A DNA stretch of 62,941 nucleotides, the filler included. It is 8 parts of 8 records of this genome, joined end to end, with 100 filler letters (N's around TTAATTAATTAA, not from the genome) between each part and the next. Parts side by side here need not be neighbours in the genome. Positions count along the whole stretch, not along the records: positions 21,271 to 26,992 come from SRR31147125_53972; positions 27,093 to 36,020 come from SRR31147125_54016; 6 more parts are not named here. One strand, written 5' to 3'. Under the pieces are notes generated by a model. The model saw only the letters and a list, made by a program, of their open reading frames with translations, had not been told where the DNA came from and made no database searches. Of the stretch, positions 22,315-33,328 are shown one piece after another. Position 1 is the stretch's first letter. Every line of letters begins with the position of its first letter. A program made the position numbers and the translations under genes.

Positions 22315-23333
22315 TTATTTAATCTGTTTGACACTCTTACGCTTTGTAAGGGAAGTACCTATTTCTGCTTTAATAAATGAGGTGTCGAAAACTCTTTTCT
22401 GTATTTTTCAACTAGTATGTCTACCGATACATTACCATATATTTCTTTTGGAACGTTAACTGTAGTTAAGTTTGGTTCCATCAACATACATATTGGACGG
22501 TCATCAAAACCAATTATAGAAATATCATCTGGAACCATATAGCCACACTCTTTTAATGCTTTTACAGCACCGAAAGCAATAAGATCATTGTCAGCCAATA
22601 AAGCCGTAGGTAACTTTACTCCATTCTCTAATATTTTTTTAAAATCATTGTATGTTTTTTCTTCAGGATACCCCACTTCATAAATATACTCATCCATGCG
22701 AGAAATACCAAAATGATCAAGCGCACAAAAAAACCCTTTTATCCTCTGGTCAAAACTATTAATGAATACATTACTTTTTAGATACCCGATCGATTTATGC
22801 CCCATTTCAACAAGGTATTTTACAGCCTCATAAGTTCCATAGTAATTATTTATCGATACAGAGTCTATTGGTTCGTCATAAATAAAATTGTCGATAATCA
22901 CAAAAGGTATTTTAAGCATTTTAAATGGGGACAGATCATCTTTTTGCATTTCTGTTGCAAAAATAATTATTCCATCGCAATTGCCATCTTTCAAATGCTC
23001 TATTTCTTCATAAACATGCTCTGATTTTTCAATATAAATTATTACTAGCTTATAGCCAAATTTTCTTACATTATTATCAATGTTTTCTATAAGTAATGAA
23101 AAGAAAGGGGATTCCATAATGATATTACCATGTCTTTTATATACAACAAACACTATGTTCTTCTCATATGTTTTGTTTTTTTTCAAAATATGTTCGTATC
23201 CCATCTCGCATATTTTGTCAATCACTCTCTTTCGCGTTTGTTCGCTTACACCCGGTTTATTATTCAAAACCAACGATACGGCAGTTGGTGATAAATTTAG
23301 TATTTTTGCAATATCTTTTGCCCTAAAAGCCAT
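22315..23333 (-). CDS. LacI-family transcriptional regulator (probable frameshift near 22407)
   Basis: KDIAKILNLSPTAVSLVLNN HTH, PDDISIIGFDD, LTTV; the alternative frame restores a typical ...LTKRKSV ending at 22315. Confidence 0.92.
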
Positions 23334-23560
23334 ATTAATCTACTTCCTTCACTGGTATATAAATTATTTTATTAAAAATTTAGTTCTATTTTATATGTAT
23401 TTTAATTAAATGTCAATGTTCTTAGATTAAGAATACATTTCCATTCCAATCAATTGATTCGCCTTAAAAAATGCAACGTATGAATTCACTATATTTTTCT
23501 GGATGGGTTTTGAGTAACGTTATATTTTAAATAAGCTTAACTATCTTCATCTTTGTGATG

Positions 23561-23640
23561 ACCTCTAAGATGACACGAGAGAGGTTGCTAATTACTCGCC
23601 ATAAGAATACATCCAATAGCATCAAACCTCTTAGATGACA
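23561..23640. repeat. 15-bp direct repeat pair ACCTCTWAGATGACA
   Basis: ACCTCTAAGATGACA (23561-23575) and ACCTCTTAGATGACA (23626-23640), 14/15 identical. Confidence 0.7.
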
Positions 23641-23768
23641 TCTCACAGGCTCTATCAAATGACCGATATTTTTCTAAAAAAACCCCCCCCCGACTTATCT
23701 AAGGGAAATTTATACTTTATTAAAGAAAGCAACTCTAAAAAAGTATGTTCAAAATATCGAAACTGATT

Positions 23769-23792
23769 TGGAGGCGGCTACGAGGATTTGTA
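23769..23792 (-). mobile_element. Putative att junction resembling a tRNA-Cys 3' end
   Basis: The minus strand reads TACAAATCCTCGTAGCCGCCTCCA at the point where kinase homology ends and the DNA switches from GC-rich to AT-rich. Confidence 0.45.
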
Positions 23793-24584
23793 TTTGCGGG
23801 GCTTCGCCTGTGATGCAGCGGTAGATCGTCGCGCACAGCGCGTATACGTCTGTCCACGGGCCTTGCTTCCCGCGCGACGAGTATTGCTCGAACGGTGCAT
23901 AACCGGCTTTAATACCACCGACAGCGATTTGCTCTTTTCGCTCATGGCGTGGCGCGCTGCGCCGAAATCCAATAGCTTGATCTGCGAGTTCGTCGTGATG
24001 TAGATGTTGTCCGGGCTGATGTCGCGGTGGATGATGCCCGTTTCATGCACCGCCCGCAGCGCGTCGGCAATCGGCCGCATGATATCCAGTGCCTCGGCGG
24101 TTCTGATCTTGCCTCCGCTGCGTTTGAGGTATTCAGACAAGGTTATGCCGTCGAGATATTCCATCACGATGTATGCCGTGTTGTTCGCTTCAAAAAAGTC
24201 GTTCACAGACACGATGCCCGGGTGACTGTTATACTGCGCCAATGTCCGCGCTTCGTCGATAAACCGCCCGAGGCCGTATACGTACGCATCGTGCTTGTCG
24301 CCCGTGAACGCTTTGACGGTCGTTTCGCCTTCGGCGCGCGTGCTTATCTCGGCGGGCAGGTATTCCTTGATTGCGACCCGCAGTTTCAACTTTTTGTCGA
24401 ACCCGATGTATGTGATACCGAATCCGCCGTGCCCGAGCACCGTGCCGATGATGTACCTGCCGTCAAGCTCGCTGCCTTCGGGCAGGTAATAGTGCTCGCC
24501 CTGTGCGCTGCCGGCCTTATACCCGCAATGCGAACATTGGCTTCCGCTGTCGTATTCTTTCATGCATCGCATACATCATTTCAT
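23793..24584 (-). pseudogene. Ser/Thr protein kinase with N-terminal zinc ribbon; in-frame stop, frameshift and C-terminal truncation
   Basis: ATG AAA TGA TGT ATG CGA TGC (MK*CMRC). Motifs [28 protein letters not shown] frameshift at ~23905 precedes GYAPFEQY...TDVYAL...TGEAP, after which homology stops. Confidence 0.8.
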
Positions 24585-24587
24585 CGT

Positions 24588-26420
24588 TTACTTCTCCTCT
24601 TTCCACGTCACGCGCAGCTCTGTCTGCCCGACGAGCAATACATCACCGCTACTTAAGCGTATGCGGTCGTGGATGGGTACGCCGTTCACGATCGTGGTGT
24701 TGGTCACCTTCAGGTCGTTGGCATAGATCTGCCCGTTTTCCAGCGTCAGTTCGCAGTACCTGCGCGACATCTCGTCGTCGTCGAAGCTAAGCTCGCAGTC
24801 TTTGCTGCGCCCGATCACGAGCGCATTGGCGATTTTTCTGTCCATGGCGCTCGCCTTGCTGTGCTTATCGAGTACCGCGAAATGTATCGGCATGCCTGCG
24901 GCCTGTGTCTTTGGCAGCGGCTGCGCTTTTGGCGACGGCTGCGCTTGCGTCTTCTGCGTGTGCAGCGGCTGCGTTTCTGGGATTCCGCCCGCTGGAATGT
25001 CCTGCATCTCTGCCACTTTGCGCTTGGCTTTTTTGCGGCGTACCAGCACGATCGTCAAAACCACCGCGATCAGCAACAGCAACGCCGCGCCGCCGATGAT
25101 ATAATACAGCGTATTATCCTGCGTTTCTGTCGCCTCCGCAGCCGTTTCCTCCGCCTGCTCCATTTCCGGCAAGATGTTATCTACCAAAAACGTTTCGGAC
25201 TGCGGTGCAATCGCGTTCGGCGTGTCCGATCTGTCCGTCACGCCGGATACCGTCACGGTATATTCGCCGCCGAGGTCGACATCGAAGTTAAGCGTTGCGC
25301 TGTATTCGCCGTCTGCCGCGGTGTATTCCGCATCCGCAATCGCGATCTTTTCACCGTCCGCATCCAGCACTTCATAATTCTCTGCGTTGTCCGCGCCGGT
25401 TACGTTTTCCGAAAACGTCAGCTTTACGCTGCGTTTGTAGCCGCTGCTCGCGTCCGTTATTGTCGGCGCCGTATGATCCTGCATATTCGTGCCGATCAGC
25501 ACGTCCATGCTATCTTCAATCTTTTTTCCGCCCGCCTCAAGCGAAATGTACAGTTCGTGCTGCTGCCCGTCCGCACGGCGTTCACCGCAGTCGAGCGTTA
25601 ATACCTGCGTGCTGCCGATACTATGCGCAATGCCCGTAAACACATCTTCAAACGGCATGCTGCCCATTTGGTAATACTGCCCTTTCGATGTGCGCGCAAA
25701 CTCACCGAATGCATCCAGTTCTGTTTGCTTTTCGTTCGTCAGACTGCCTTTGTAGATACCCAATGCGTAGATGGGCACCGGGTCGGCAACGATATCACTC
25801 AATACTTCCTGCCGCGTCACGCCGCCGGGGAATTCGTCGACGCCGTCCGTCACTGCGACGATGATACGCCGGTCGGGCAGCTTGTCGTCTGTCACGCGTT
25901 AAAGCGTCAATGCCTTCATTACGCCGTCGTGAAACCGCGTGTTTTTGTCCGTCAGTTCCAGCGCTTCGACCTTGTCTTTCAATGTACTTTTTGACGACGA
26001 GTACTCCGAAACGACGTTAACCGTTTCGCCGAATGTCACAACGGCCGCCTGGTCGGCTGCGCCCATCGCATCCACGCTCGCCAGCATCTGCGTTTTGATT
26101 TCCTCAAAGTCGTCATCGTTGATCGATTTGGATATATCAACGAGGTAGATCACCGCTACACCTTCGCCGCTTTCCTCAAAGCTTTGAACGTCGATGCTCT
26201 CGCCGTCCAGCATCGCGCTGAACGCCGCGTCACCAAGATTTGTGACCCGTTCGTCGTCCTGCCCGTCCGCGTTAACGTACACCTTCATCTGCGGCATTTT
26301 GACATCGACTTGCTCAATCTCAATGCTGATCGGCTCATCTGCCGCCAAAGCGCATACAGGAAATACCACAGCGATCAAAAGAACCGCCGCAATAGCGCTG
26401 ATTATTCTTTTCAATCCCAT
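24588..26420 (-). CDS. Membrane protein: signal peptide, vWA domain, Ig-like domain, TM helix, cytoplasmic FHA (frameshift ~25897)
   Basis: MIDAS LVDISKS and VAVTDG; APTIT...LTFSE; TM IIGGAALLLLIAVVLTIVLV; FHA IGRSKDC...MSRRYC...NTTIVNG. Confidence 0.85.
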
Positions 26421-26992
26421 TTGAAATCCTCCCCGCAGGCCGGATAGAACCGCAGCTTGGTCTCGCCGAGCTCAACGATATCGCCCGCTTTGATCTCCAT
26501 CGGCGCATATACGCCTTCGTCGTTGATATAGCACAGCTCGCGGCTGTCGCCCGGCTGCAGCATGAACACCGTTTTCTTGGGATCATATGCAATCACCGCA
26601 TGCCGCTCGCGCGAAATGGAAGCATCGCCCGTGATGCAGATGTCCATGTTCTCTGCGCGGCCGATGTTGTTTCTGCCGCTGCGGATGCGATAATCACGCC
26701 CTTTGTCCGCACCCTCAATGCACAAGAACCAGCCGACAACCGGGTCAATGCCGACTTTCTTGTGGTAAAACCCGACGGTTTTTTTCTGCGCATCCGGTTT
26801 CGCCTGACTTTTCGCCATGGTCTTTGGGTCCGCCGGCTCGGTCTGCGCCATTGCCGGCGGGGTCTGCACCGGTCTGGTTTCGGGAAGTTCACCTTCGCCT
26901 TGACCCACCCTGCCGGTAACGATGTCCATATTGACGTTCGTTCCGCAATACGGGCAGCTGCTGTGTTTTGTCTCATCATAATAGTGACCACT
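26411..26992 (-). CDS. FHA-domain protein with N-terminal Zn-finger-like motif (5' truncated)
   Basis: GHYYDETKHSSCPYCG upstream in frame; PVVGWFLCIEG..KGRDY, NIGR, ISRERHA, LGETKLRF. Confidence 0.88.
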   Translation of the reverse strand, partial: SGHYYDETKHSSCPYCGTNVNMDIVTGRVGQGEGELPETRPVQTPPAMAQTEPADPKTMAKSQAKPDAQKKTVGFYHKKVGIDPVVGWFLCIEGADKGRDYRIRSGRNNIGRAENMDICITGDASISRERHAVIAYDPKKTVFMLQPGDSRELCYINDEGVYAPMEIKAGDIVELGETKLRFYPACGEDFKWD

Positions 26993-27092
26993 NNNNNNNN
27001 NNNNNNNNNNNNNNNNNNNNNNNNNNNNNNNNNNNNTTAATTAATTAANNNNNNNNNNNNNNNNNNNNNNNNNNNNNNNNNNNNNNNNNNNN
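26993..27092. other. Artificial contig spacer
   Basis: N44-TTAATTAATTAA-N44. Confidence 0.98.
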
Positions 27093-27191
27093 TTTTTGTA
27101 GCATTTTGTTTGGCTGCCAGGAGACTGTACCATTGGCAATTGCGTATTCGCAGGTAGGATTAAACAAGTATACATTTGGATTGTTATTCAT
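27093..27191 (-). CDS. N-terminus of a hypothetical protein (3' truncated)
   Basis: MNNNPNVYLFNPTCEYAIANGTVSWQPNKMLQK is open to the fragment end. Confidence 0.5.
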
Positions 27192-27382
27192 CAGGCAAAC
27201 CGCTTTTAGAAGCGTAAAATTAGTAAAACAAGAACAAGTTGCAATTATGAAAATATGTATATAAGAGATGAGCAAATGTGTAAACAATTACATATGTCAG
27301 GTTTTAAGATTCTTTAAGATGATAACTTGCGATTAATTTTACGAAGGGTAATTGAGTTGAATATGAGGCAACTCTGAAATTT

Positions 27383-27414
27383 AAAGGGCTGCTTCATATT
27401 TGAAGCAGCCTTTT
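27383..27414. terminator. Intrinsic terminator-like hairpin
   Basis: AAAGGGCTGCTTCA-TATT-TGAAGCAGCCTTTT. Confidence 0.65.
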
Positions 27415-27496
27415 ATATAAATTTTTTTATGGGTGCTGCGTATTCCGAACCGCAGTAAGGATAATGGCGATTCGGAAACCGCCACACCCCAAAAAG

Positions 27497-27537
27497 AGAA
27501 CCGGTCTGTATTGAAACAACTCATACAGACCGGTTCT
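27497..27537 (-). terminator. Terminator-like hairpin downstream of the efflux operon
   Basis: 15-bp stem AGAACCGGTCTGTAT / ATACAGACCGGTTCT followed by a T-rich tail on the minus strand. Confidence 0.65.
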
Positions 27538-27608
27538 TTAGTTAGGCGCTTAGGAGTTCAAAACTCCTTAGCGCTTATTTTCCGGGCAAAAACGCCACGC
27601 CGGGGAAA

Positions 27609-28874
27609 TTAATTTGCTTGTGCCAGTTTTGTTTCGTCACCGGCTATTTTCGAAGGATTCAGAATCACCTGGTCTCCTTCGTCAATACCACTTTTTACAA
27701 GAACAAATTCTTCGTTTTCCAAACCTGCTTCAATCTGCTGTTTCTTTTGCTCCGAACCATTTTTTAAATAGATATAACTTTTGCCATTTTCTTTAAAAAC
27801 AGCTTTAATCGGTACAAACAGCGCATTTTCTTCGTTGGCTAAAATAATGTTGTTATTGCTCGACATAGCTGGTTTTAGTCCCTCGTTGGTTTCATCGAGA
27901 TTGATAACCACCTTAAAAACCCGCATGTCGAAATCTTTGTGGTCTTCTCCTACACGTGCAATGGTTTTAATCTCGCCTTTTATTTCAACTCCTTCCAATG
28001 CATCGAACGAAACGCGTACTTCATCGCCTTCATTCACTTTCGAAATATCTATTTCTTTTACGTAGGTTTCCGAAATTACTTTCGACATATCGGGCAAAGT
28101 TGCAATTGGCGGGCCAAACGACCATGTTGAAATATTACCATCTTTACTATACTTTTTTCCATCCCAGCTTTTTCCGAAAATTACAATCCCGTCTTCGGGA
28201 GCTGTAATTCGTGCAGCACGCATTGCCTTTTGGTATTTTTCAACTTTCTTCTGGCTACGTTCCAGACTCTCTTCCGAGCGGCCAACTTTCATTTTTAGTT
28301 TGTTCTGCTCAAGCAAATAATCGCGTTGCTTTTTGGCAATTGTATTTTCTGCTTTTTGGTAAGTCATTTGCGCCTTGCGCTGGTAGGCGGCCGATTCGTA
28401 AATCGACTGTTCCAAATCAATTTTATTGTATTCCAAATCGAGCTTCGCATTTTTTATATCCTCGCGCAATTGAGTAAGAGTTACAGTACTGTCAATTTTT
28501 GCATTTTTCAGATCTGCCTCTTCCTTTTCTAATTTTTGTCGTTCTTCGCGCATTCCCGACATAATTGTGCTGGCATCGAGCTGCATAATAAAATCGCCCT
28601 TTTTTACGTATTTCCCGTCTTGTGTAAGATTCAGAATTTTAAGCGACCACAATCTTAAATCACGTTCGCCAAGAGCTTTTGGCATTTTTATAGGAGTGGA
28701 AACAAGGCCGTTTATTTCGCCTTTACACATAAGCGTGGCTTCAAACTTGCCCCGTTCAACATCATAGTATTTCTCTGAAACATTGCCCGACAAACTTGTT
28801 GAAATAAGTGCTGCAACAACTACCAGGCAAATAATTGCAGCTATAATAATTATATGTTTCTTTTTTATTGCCAT
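27609..28874 (-). CDS. Efflux periplasmic adaptor (MFP, MacA-like) 2
   Basis: N-terminal anchor, DGKYVKKGD, coiled coil, ITAPEDGIV, VKEIDISKV, LKPAMS. Confidence 0.92.
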   Translation of the reverse strand: MAIKKKHIIIIAAIICLVVVAALISTSLSGNVSEKYYDVERGKFEATLMCKGEINGLVSTPIKMPKALGERDLRLWSLKILNLTQDGKYVKKGDFIMQLDASTIMSGMREERQKLEKEEADLKNAKIDSTVTLTQLREDIKNAKLDLEYNKIDLEQSIYESAAYQRKAQMTYQKAENTIAKKQRDYLLEQNKLKMKVGRSEESLERSQKKVEKYQKAMRAARITAPEDGIVIFGKSWDGKKYSKDGNISTWSFGPPIATLPDMSKVISETYVKEIDISKVNEGDEVRVSFDALEGVEIKGEIKTIARVGEDHKDFDMRVFKVVINLDETNEGLKPAMSSNNNIILANEENALFVPIKAVFKENGKSYIYLKNGSEQKKQQIEAGLENEEFVLVKSGIDEGDQVILNPSKIAGDETKLAQAN

Positions 28875-28877
28875 AGT

Positions 28878-30359
28878 TTAGTGTTCTAATAGTTTATCGT
28901 AATTAACCACCAAAGGTTGCTTCTTTTCAAAATCAAAAAGAGTTAAACTCCTTAGTCTGAAGTAGGCCGACCAGTAATCTCTTAAACGCGAAAGGTAAGC
29001 CATTCTTGCTGTTTCCTGGGCGCTACTGGCAATGTTTAGTTTAATTACATCTATTTTCCCAATCATAAACCGTTGAAAAGTTACCTCGTAACCTTTTTTT
29101 GCAACGGTATCTGCTTTTGCCGAGTTAAAAACTTGTCCGGCCTTTAAATTAAATTCCAGTACACTTTGGTAAATATCCTGTTCAAAATCAATTCGCTCTT
29201 GTTGCAAAGTGGCCAGTGCAACTTCTCTATTCGATTTCGCCATTAAATATCGTCCTTTTCCACTTCCCCAATCCACAATCGGAATATTAAGACCAAGGCT
29301 GAATATCTGGCTTTTATCGGGCTCTGTATAAACATCGCTAAAATCATCTGAACTTCTGTTTAAACCGTACATTGCGTATAAGGTTGTATTAAGGCCTCGT
29401 TCCGATTTTGCCTGGGCTACGTTCTCGTCCTGTTCCAGCTTTTCTTGTCTGTGCTCCAAAATTTCAGGATTGTTTTTAATGGCCTGTTCAAGCGCCAGGG
29501 CCGGGTCTATTTTTAGTTCAGGAATGTCGCTCGGAACAACACATTCAATTGCTGTTTCTTTCGGAAGACTTAGAAATGAATTTAATTCAGACTGGGCTCT
29601 CACTTCTTCCAGTTTTGCTATGCTTAAAGCTTGTTCGCTATTCAGCAGGCTAAGTTCCAACTCCAGCAATTCATCCTGAGTAACCGTTCCAACCTGAAAG
29701 CGTCCTTTACCGATTTTATACAATGTATCGGCATTGGCATAATTCATTTCGGCAATATCTTTCTGTATTTGTGTATTAATCAAACTGAAAAAATAGATCG
29801 TTGAACTTATTTGTAAATCTTCCATGTCCTGGATAAATTCTTTCTTGGCGATTTCAAATTTTAAAGGTTCAATTTTCGATTCCCATTTATATTGATTGTA
29901 ACCGTTAAGTTGCTGCGAATAACCAATACTTATTGGTGTTGCGTTGTACGATGTAGATTCGTCGCCGCCAAGGTTTTTAACCATTCCCAGTTCGGAACGC
30001 ACGAAAACCTGTCCGCCGGTAAATGCTACATTCTGAACTGCCGACAAACTAACATCGGAATTCAGGAATTCTCTTTGGCGGAATTCGTCTTCGTTGGTTT
30101 CCCAATTGTATTCCTTTTTATTGTAACGATAAAAATCCAGTGGACTTGAGCTTAATGAAAGACTTGGAAGTCGTTCAGCTTTATAAAATCGGTATTCCCA
30201 GTAACTGGCCAGGTACATGTTTTTATTTCGAAAAGCATCGATAGATTGTTTCGACGCTATATCGATAACCTGGGGGAGCGAAAGCACCATTTTGGGCTGC
30301 TCCTGCGCCCAACTTGTAACTCCAATTAGTATTAATAGTGATAGTAATATTTTGTTCAT
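28878..30359 (-). CDS. TolC-family outer membrane efflux protein
   Basis: Signal peptide, LPSLSL, RFQVGTV, GLNIPIVDWG, RFMIGKI, LRSLTLFDF. Confidence 0.92.
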   Translation of the reverse strand: MNKILLSLLILIGVTSWAQEQPKMVLSLPQVIDIASKQSIDAFRNKNMYLASYWEYRFYKAERLPSLSLSSSPLDFYRYNKKEYNWETNEDEFRQREFLNSDVSLSAVQNVAFTGGQVFVRSELGMVKNLGGDESTSYNATPISIGYSQQLNGYNQYKWESKIEPLKFEIAKKEFIQDMEDLQISSTIYFFSLINTQIQKDIAEMNYANADTLYKIGKGRFQVGTVTQDELLELELSLLNSEQALSIAKLEEVRAQSELNSFLSLPKETAIECVVPSDIPELKIDPALALEQAIKNNPEILEHRQEKLEQDENVAQAKSERGLNTTLYAMYGLNRSSDDFSDVYTEPDKSQIFSLGLNIPIVDWGSGKGRYLMAKSNREVALATLQQERIDFEQDIYQSVLEFNLKAGQVFNSAKADTVAKKGYEVTFQRFMIGKIDVIKLNIASSAQETARMAYLSRLRDYWSAYFRLRSLTLFDFEKKQPLVVNYDKLLEH

Positions 30360-30379
30360 GGTTTTATTTTTTTGAAAGG

Positions 30380-31761
30380 TTACGAACGAAGTGAAACAAC
30401 CGGATCGTTTTCGGCAGCGCGTTTGGCAGGTAGGTAACCAAACATTACTCCAACCAGTACCGAAACACCAAATGCGATAATAATACTGAAAGCCGAAACA
30501 ATGGTTTTAATGTCGAACATTGCTGTTATTATTCGCGACAAAACAACCCCGAGAATAATGCCAATTAATCCGCCGGTTAAACTTATTAAGGTCGATTCGG
30601 CTAAAAATTGTGCAATAATATCCTTTTGTTTGGCACCAATTGCCTGCCTGACTCCAATTTCGCGTATGCGTTCTAAAACCGAAGCCAGCATAATATTCAT
30701 AATTCCAATTCCTCCCACAATCAGCGAAATACCTGCAATTACCCCCAAAACAACGTTGAAAATCTTTTTGGTTTTCTGTTGTTGTTTCAGCAATAGTTCC
30801 GGAATGGTTACTTCAAAATCGTAAAGCTCTGAATGCCGTCTTAAAAGCATTCGTTTTATTAATGTTGTGGTTTGATTGAGTTGCTCTGTTTCTTTTACCT
30901 GTACAATAATTTTGTCGAGCTGATTTAGGTTTGGATCCGTGTCAACCACTTCCTCTTTCTTCTCTTCGCCACCAACAATAACTATCATTCCACCGCCACC
31001 TCCTTTTGGTTGGCCTTTAATACTTCGTCGGCACGCACCAGCGAGCGGTTTTTAAAACGCAAAAGCATGGTTTGTACCGGAATAAAAATTTTATTGTCAG
31101 AACTACTAATTCCCAGCTCATCCGATGCCGACGCAGTAAAATCGCGGCGCTCGACAACGCCAATTATTTTCAACCAGTTTTGTCCGCATTTTATGTATTC
31201 GCCAATGGGATTTTGCTGGCGGAAGAATTGCTCCTTTATATTGTTTCCAATAACACAAACCGGCAATCCTTTTTCGGCCTGCCCGGAATTAAACCGATTG
31301 CCACTGGCCAGCTCAATATTGAATAAATCGAAATAATGATTATCGATTCCTTCTAAAACCACGGGTTTGCTAATGCCGTTTAGCAAGGCCGAATAGTTAA
31401 ATGAAATTACCGGCGTAATTTTTTCAATAGTGGGAATAACCTGTTTTAACGCTTCAACATCGAGCAAGGTTAAACCTTTCGAGAATTTTTTGGTACCAGT
31501 CTGTCCATTGCTTTCATCGCTGGTTCCGCCATTCCCTTCAGAGAGAGCAAAAGTACTTGGTGTAATAACAATGTTGTTTACACCAACCATTTTTATTTGC
31601 TCCAGAATTTCCTGTTCGGCACCGTTTCCAATTGCCATCATCGAAATTACTGCAGCAACACCAAAAATAATCCCCAATGCTGTAAGCATCGACTTTAGTC
31701 TGTTGGCAAAAATTGCTTCAACAGCTATTAATATATCGTGTAAATATCGCTTTATAAACAT
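30380..31761 (-). CDS. MacB/FtsX-family ABC permease without fused ATPase (frameshift ~31000)
   Basis: NRLKSMLTALGIIFGVAAVISM; ISLIVGGIGIMNIMLASVLERIREIGVRQAIGA; PAKRAA...PVVSLR. Confidence 0.92.
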
Positions 31762-31781
31762 GATTTTTTATTTGGGATGAA

Positions 31782-33178
31782 TTAAGGTGCTTGAGAAATT
31801 ACAACGCCCGGAGGAAGTTTCATACCCGGAGGAAGTTGAGGCTTTTTCTGTTCTTTTTCCTTTTCTCTTTTTTTGCGCTCTTCCTCCTCTTTAGCTTTCC
31901 GTTCGGCCTCTTTTTGCAGAATATCTTCGTAAATGTCGAATCCCTCGAATTCGTAGTCTTCAGCATCTGCCGGTTCCAGTAGTGCAAGTTCCTGGCCCTC
32001 TTCCAATCCCTGGTTAATAACAACGAAATTCTCGTTTTCCTCGCCGGTTTCAATAATTTGCTTAATTCCTTTCCCGTCAAGCAGATAAACAAACGAAAGG
32101 CTGTCGTTTTTATATACCGCTTCAATGGGTATATAAAGTACATTATCCTTGAAATTTGCCTGAATTGTATTACTTGTTGTCATTGCAGGCTTTAATTCAG
32201 GATCAGAGCCATCAACCTTAATTTTCACCTCGAAAACTTTTGCATCGCTTTTGGGCATTACCTGCCCCATATTTGCCACTGCAAAAACTTCACCGGTAAG
32301 TTCTTTATCAGGAAAAGCATCGATACCGATTTTTACTTTCTGCCCTTTTTTTATCAAGGCAATATCTATTTCGTTAATAAAGGTTTTGGTAACCAGGTTA
32401 TCCATGTTCGGGAAAGTGGCAATAATCGGGCTCCACTGGCTAACCCGCGAACCGGCTTTTACTGTTCCTCCCCATTCGTATTGGTGATACGATAAAATAC
32501 CCGACTTGGGAGAATAAATAATAAGGTTGTCCATTAACTCTTCCAGGGCATCAACACGCTCTTTTATTTGTTTGTAGTTAATGTATTTGCGGTTTACCTT
32601 GTTAATCTCTTGCTGCGTTTTAAGCTCGTAAGCCTGTTTTGTTTGTGCAAGCTTACGTTCGGCTTTGTCAAAATCCATGCGCACCTTTTTTTGTTCCGAA
32701 GGCGATTCGTAAATCGACTCATCAACAGCAATTTTGCGTTCTTCAACATCCAGTTCGGCATTAATAATTAAGTCGCGCTGGTTGCTAAGTGTCAGGTTCG
32801 AATCAATTTTACTGTCGTTGTATTCCGACAGAATTTTTTCCAACTCGTCCATGGCATTTTTTAATTGTTCTTGAACTGCCTGATGGTCGAGTGTGGCAAC
32901 ATAAGCACCCGAATCAACATAGGTTCCTTCATCAACAATATCAGTAATCGTTAACGAAGAAATTCGTGTTTGTCGGTCTTTCATTTTTTCAGGGATGTAG
33001 ATATTGTCTGAGTTTTCAGATTCTAACTGACCACTGGAATAGACCAGTACTTCAAACTGCCCTTTTGCTACTGTAGTTGTAATTCCTGCTGTTTCGCTTT
33101 TTGATCCAGGAAAAAGAGAAATGCCATTAGCAACACTGCTACAACAATAATGGCTACTAGCCAGATTTTTCGCTTCAT
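31782..33178 (-). CDS. Efflux periplasmic adaptor (MFP, MacA-like) 1 (frameshift ~33120)
   Basis: MKRKIWLVAIIVVAVLL start at 33178; after a shift the frame VAKGQFEVLVYSSGQLES joins ORF 31782..32984; INEIDIALI, LKPAMT. Confidence 0.9.
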
Positions 33179-33279
33179 CGCATTAAGATTTTAGTTTTCA
33201 ATGGTTTTGAGTTAAAGTTGAAATAAACACAACAGCACAAGACAATAGTCCTGTAGATTTGAAGGGAGGACAATTTCAT
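33175..33279 (-). CDS. Possible 34-aa leader/small peptide with Cys-Cys-Cys
   Basis: MKLSSLQIYRTIVLCCCVYFNFNSKPLKTKILMR*; A-rich initiation context; its stop overlaps the MFP start (ATGA). Confidence 0.4.
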   Translation of the reverse strand: MKLSSLQIYRTIVLCCCVYFNFNSKPLKTKILMR

Positions 33280-33328
33280 GGTTTTTAGTTTTTGTTAATT
33301 TTGAGTAATGAATAATAGTTTTCTGTTG

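Noticed and set aside
23769..23792. A complete tRNA gene
   Set aside because: Only a 3'-end-like segment is present. The upstream sequence is kinase coding DNA with no cloverleaf.
24576..24578. In-frame TGA next to CxxC as selenocysteine
   Set aside because: The position precedes the CxxC and fits an Arg CGA-to-TGA change. No SECIS-like hairpin was evident, and the gene is otherwise broken.
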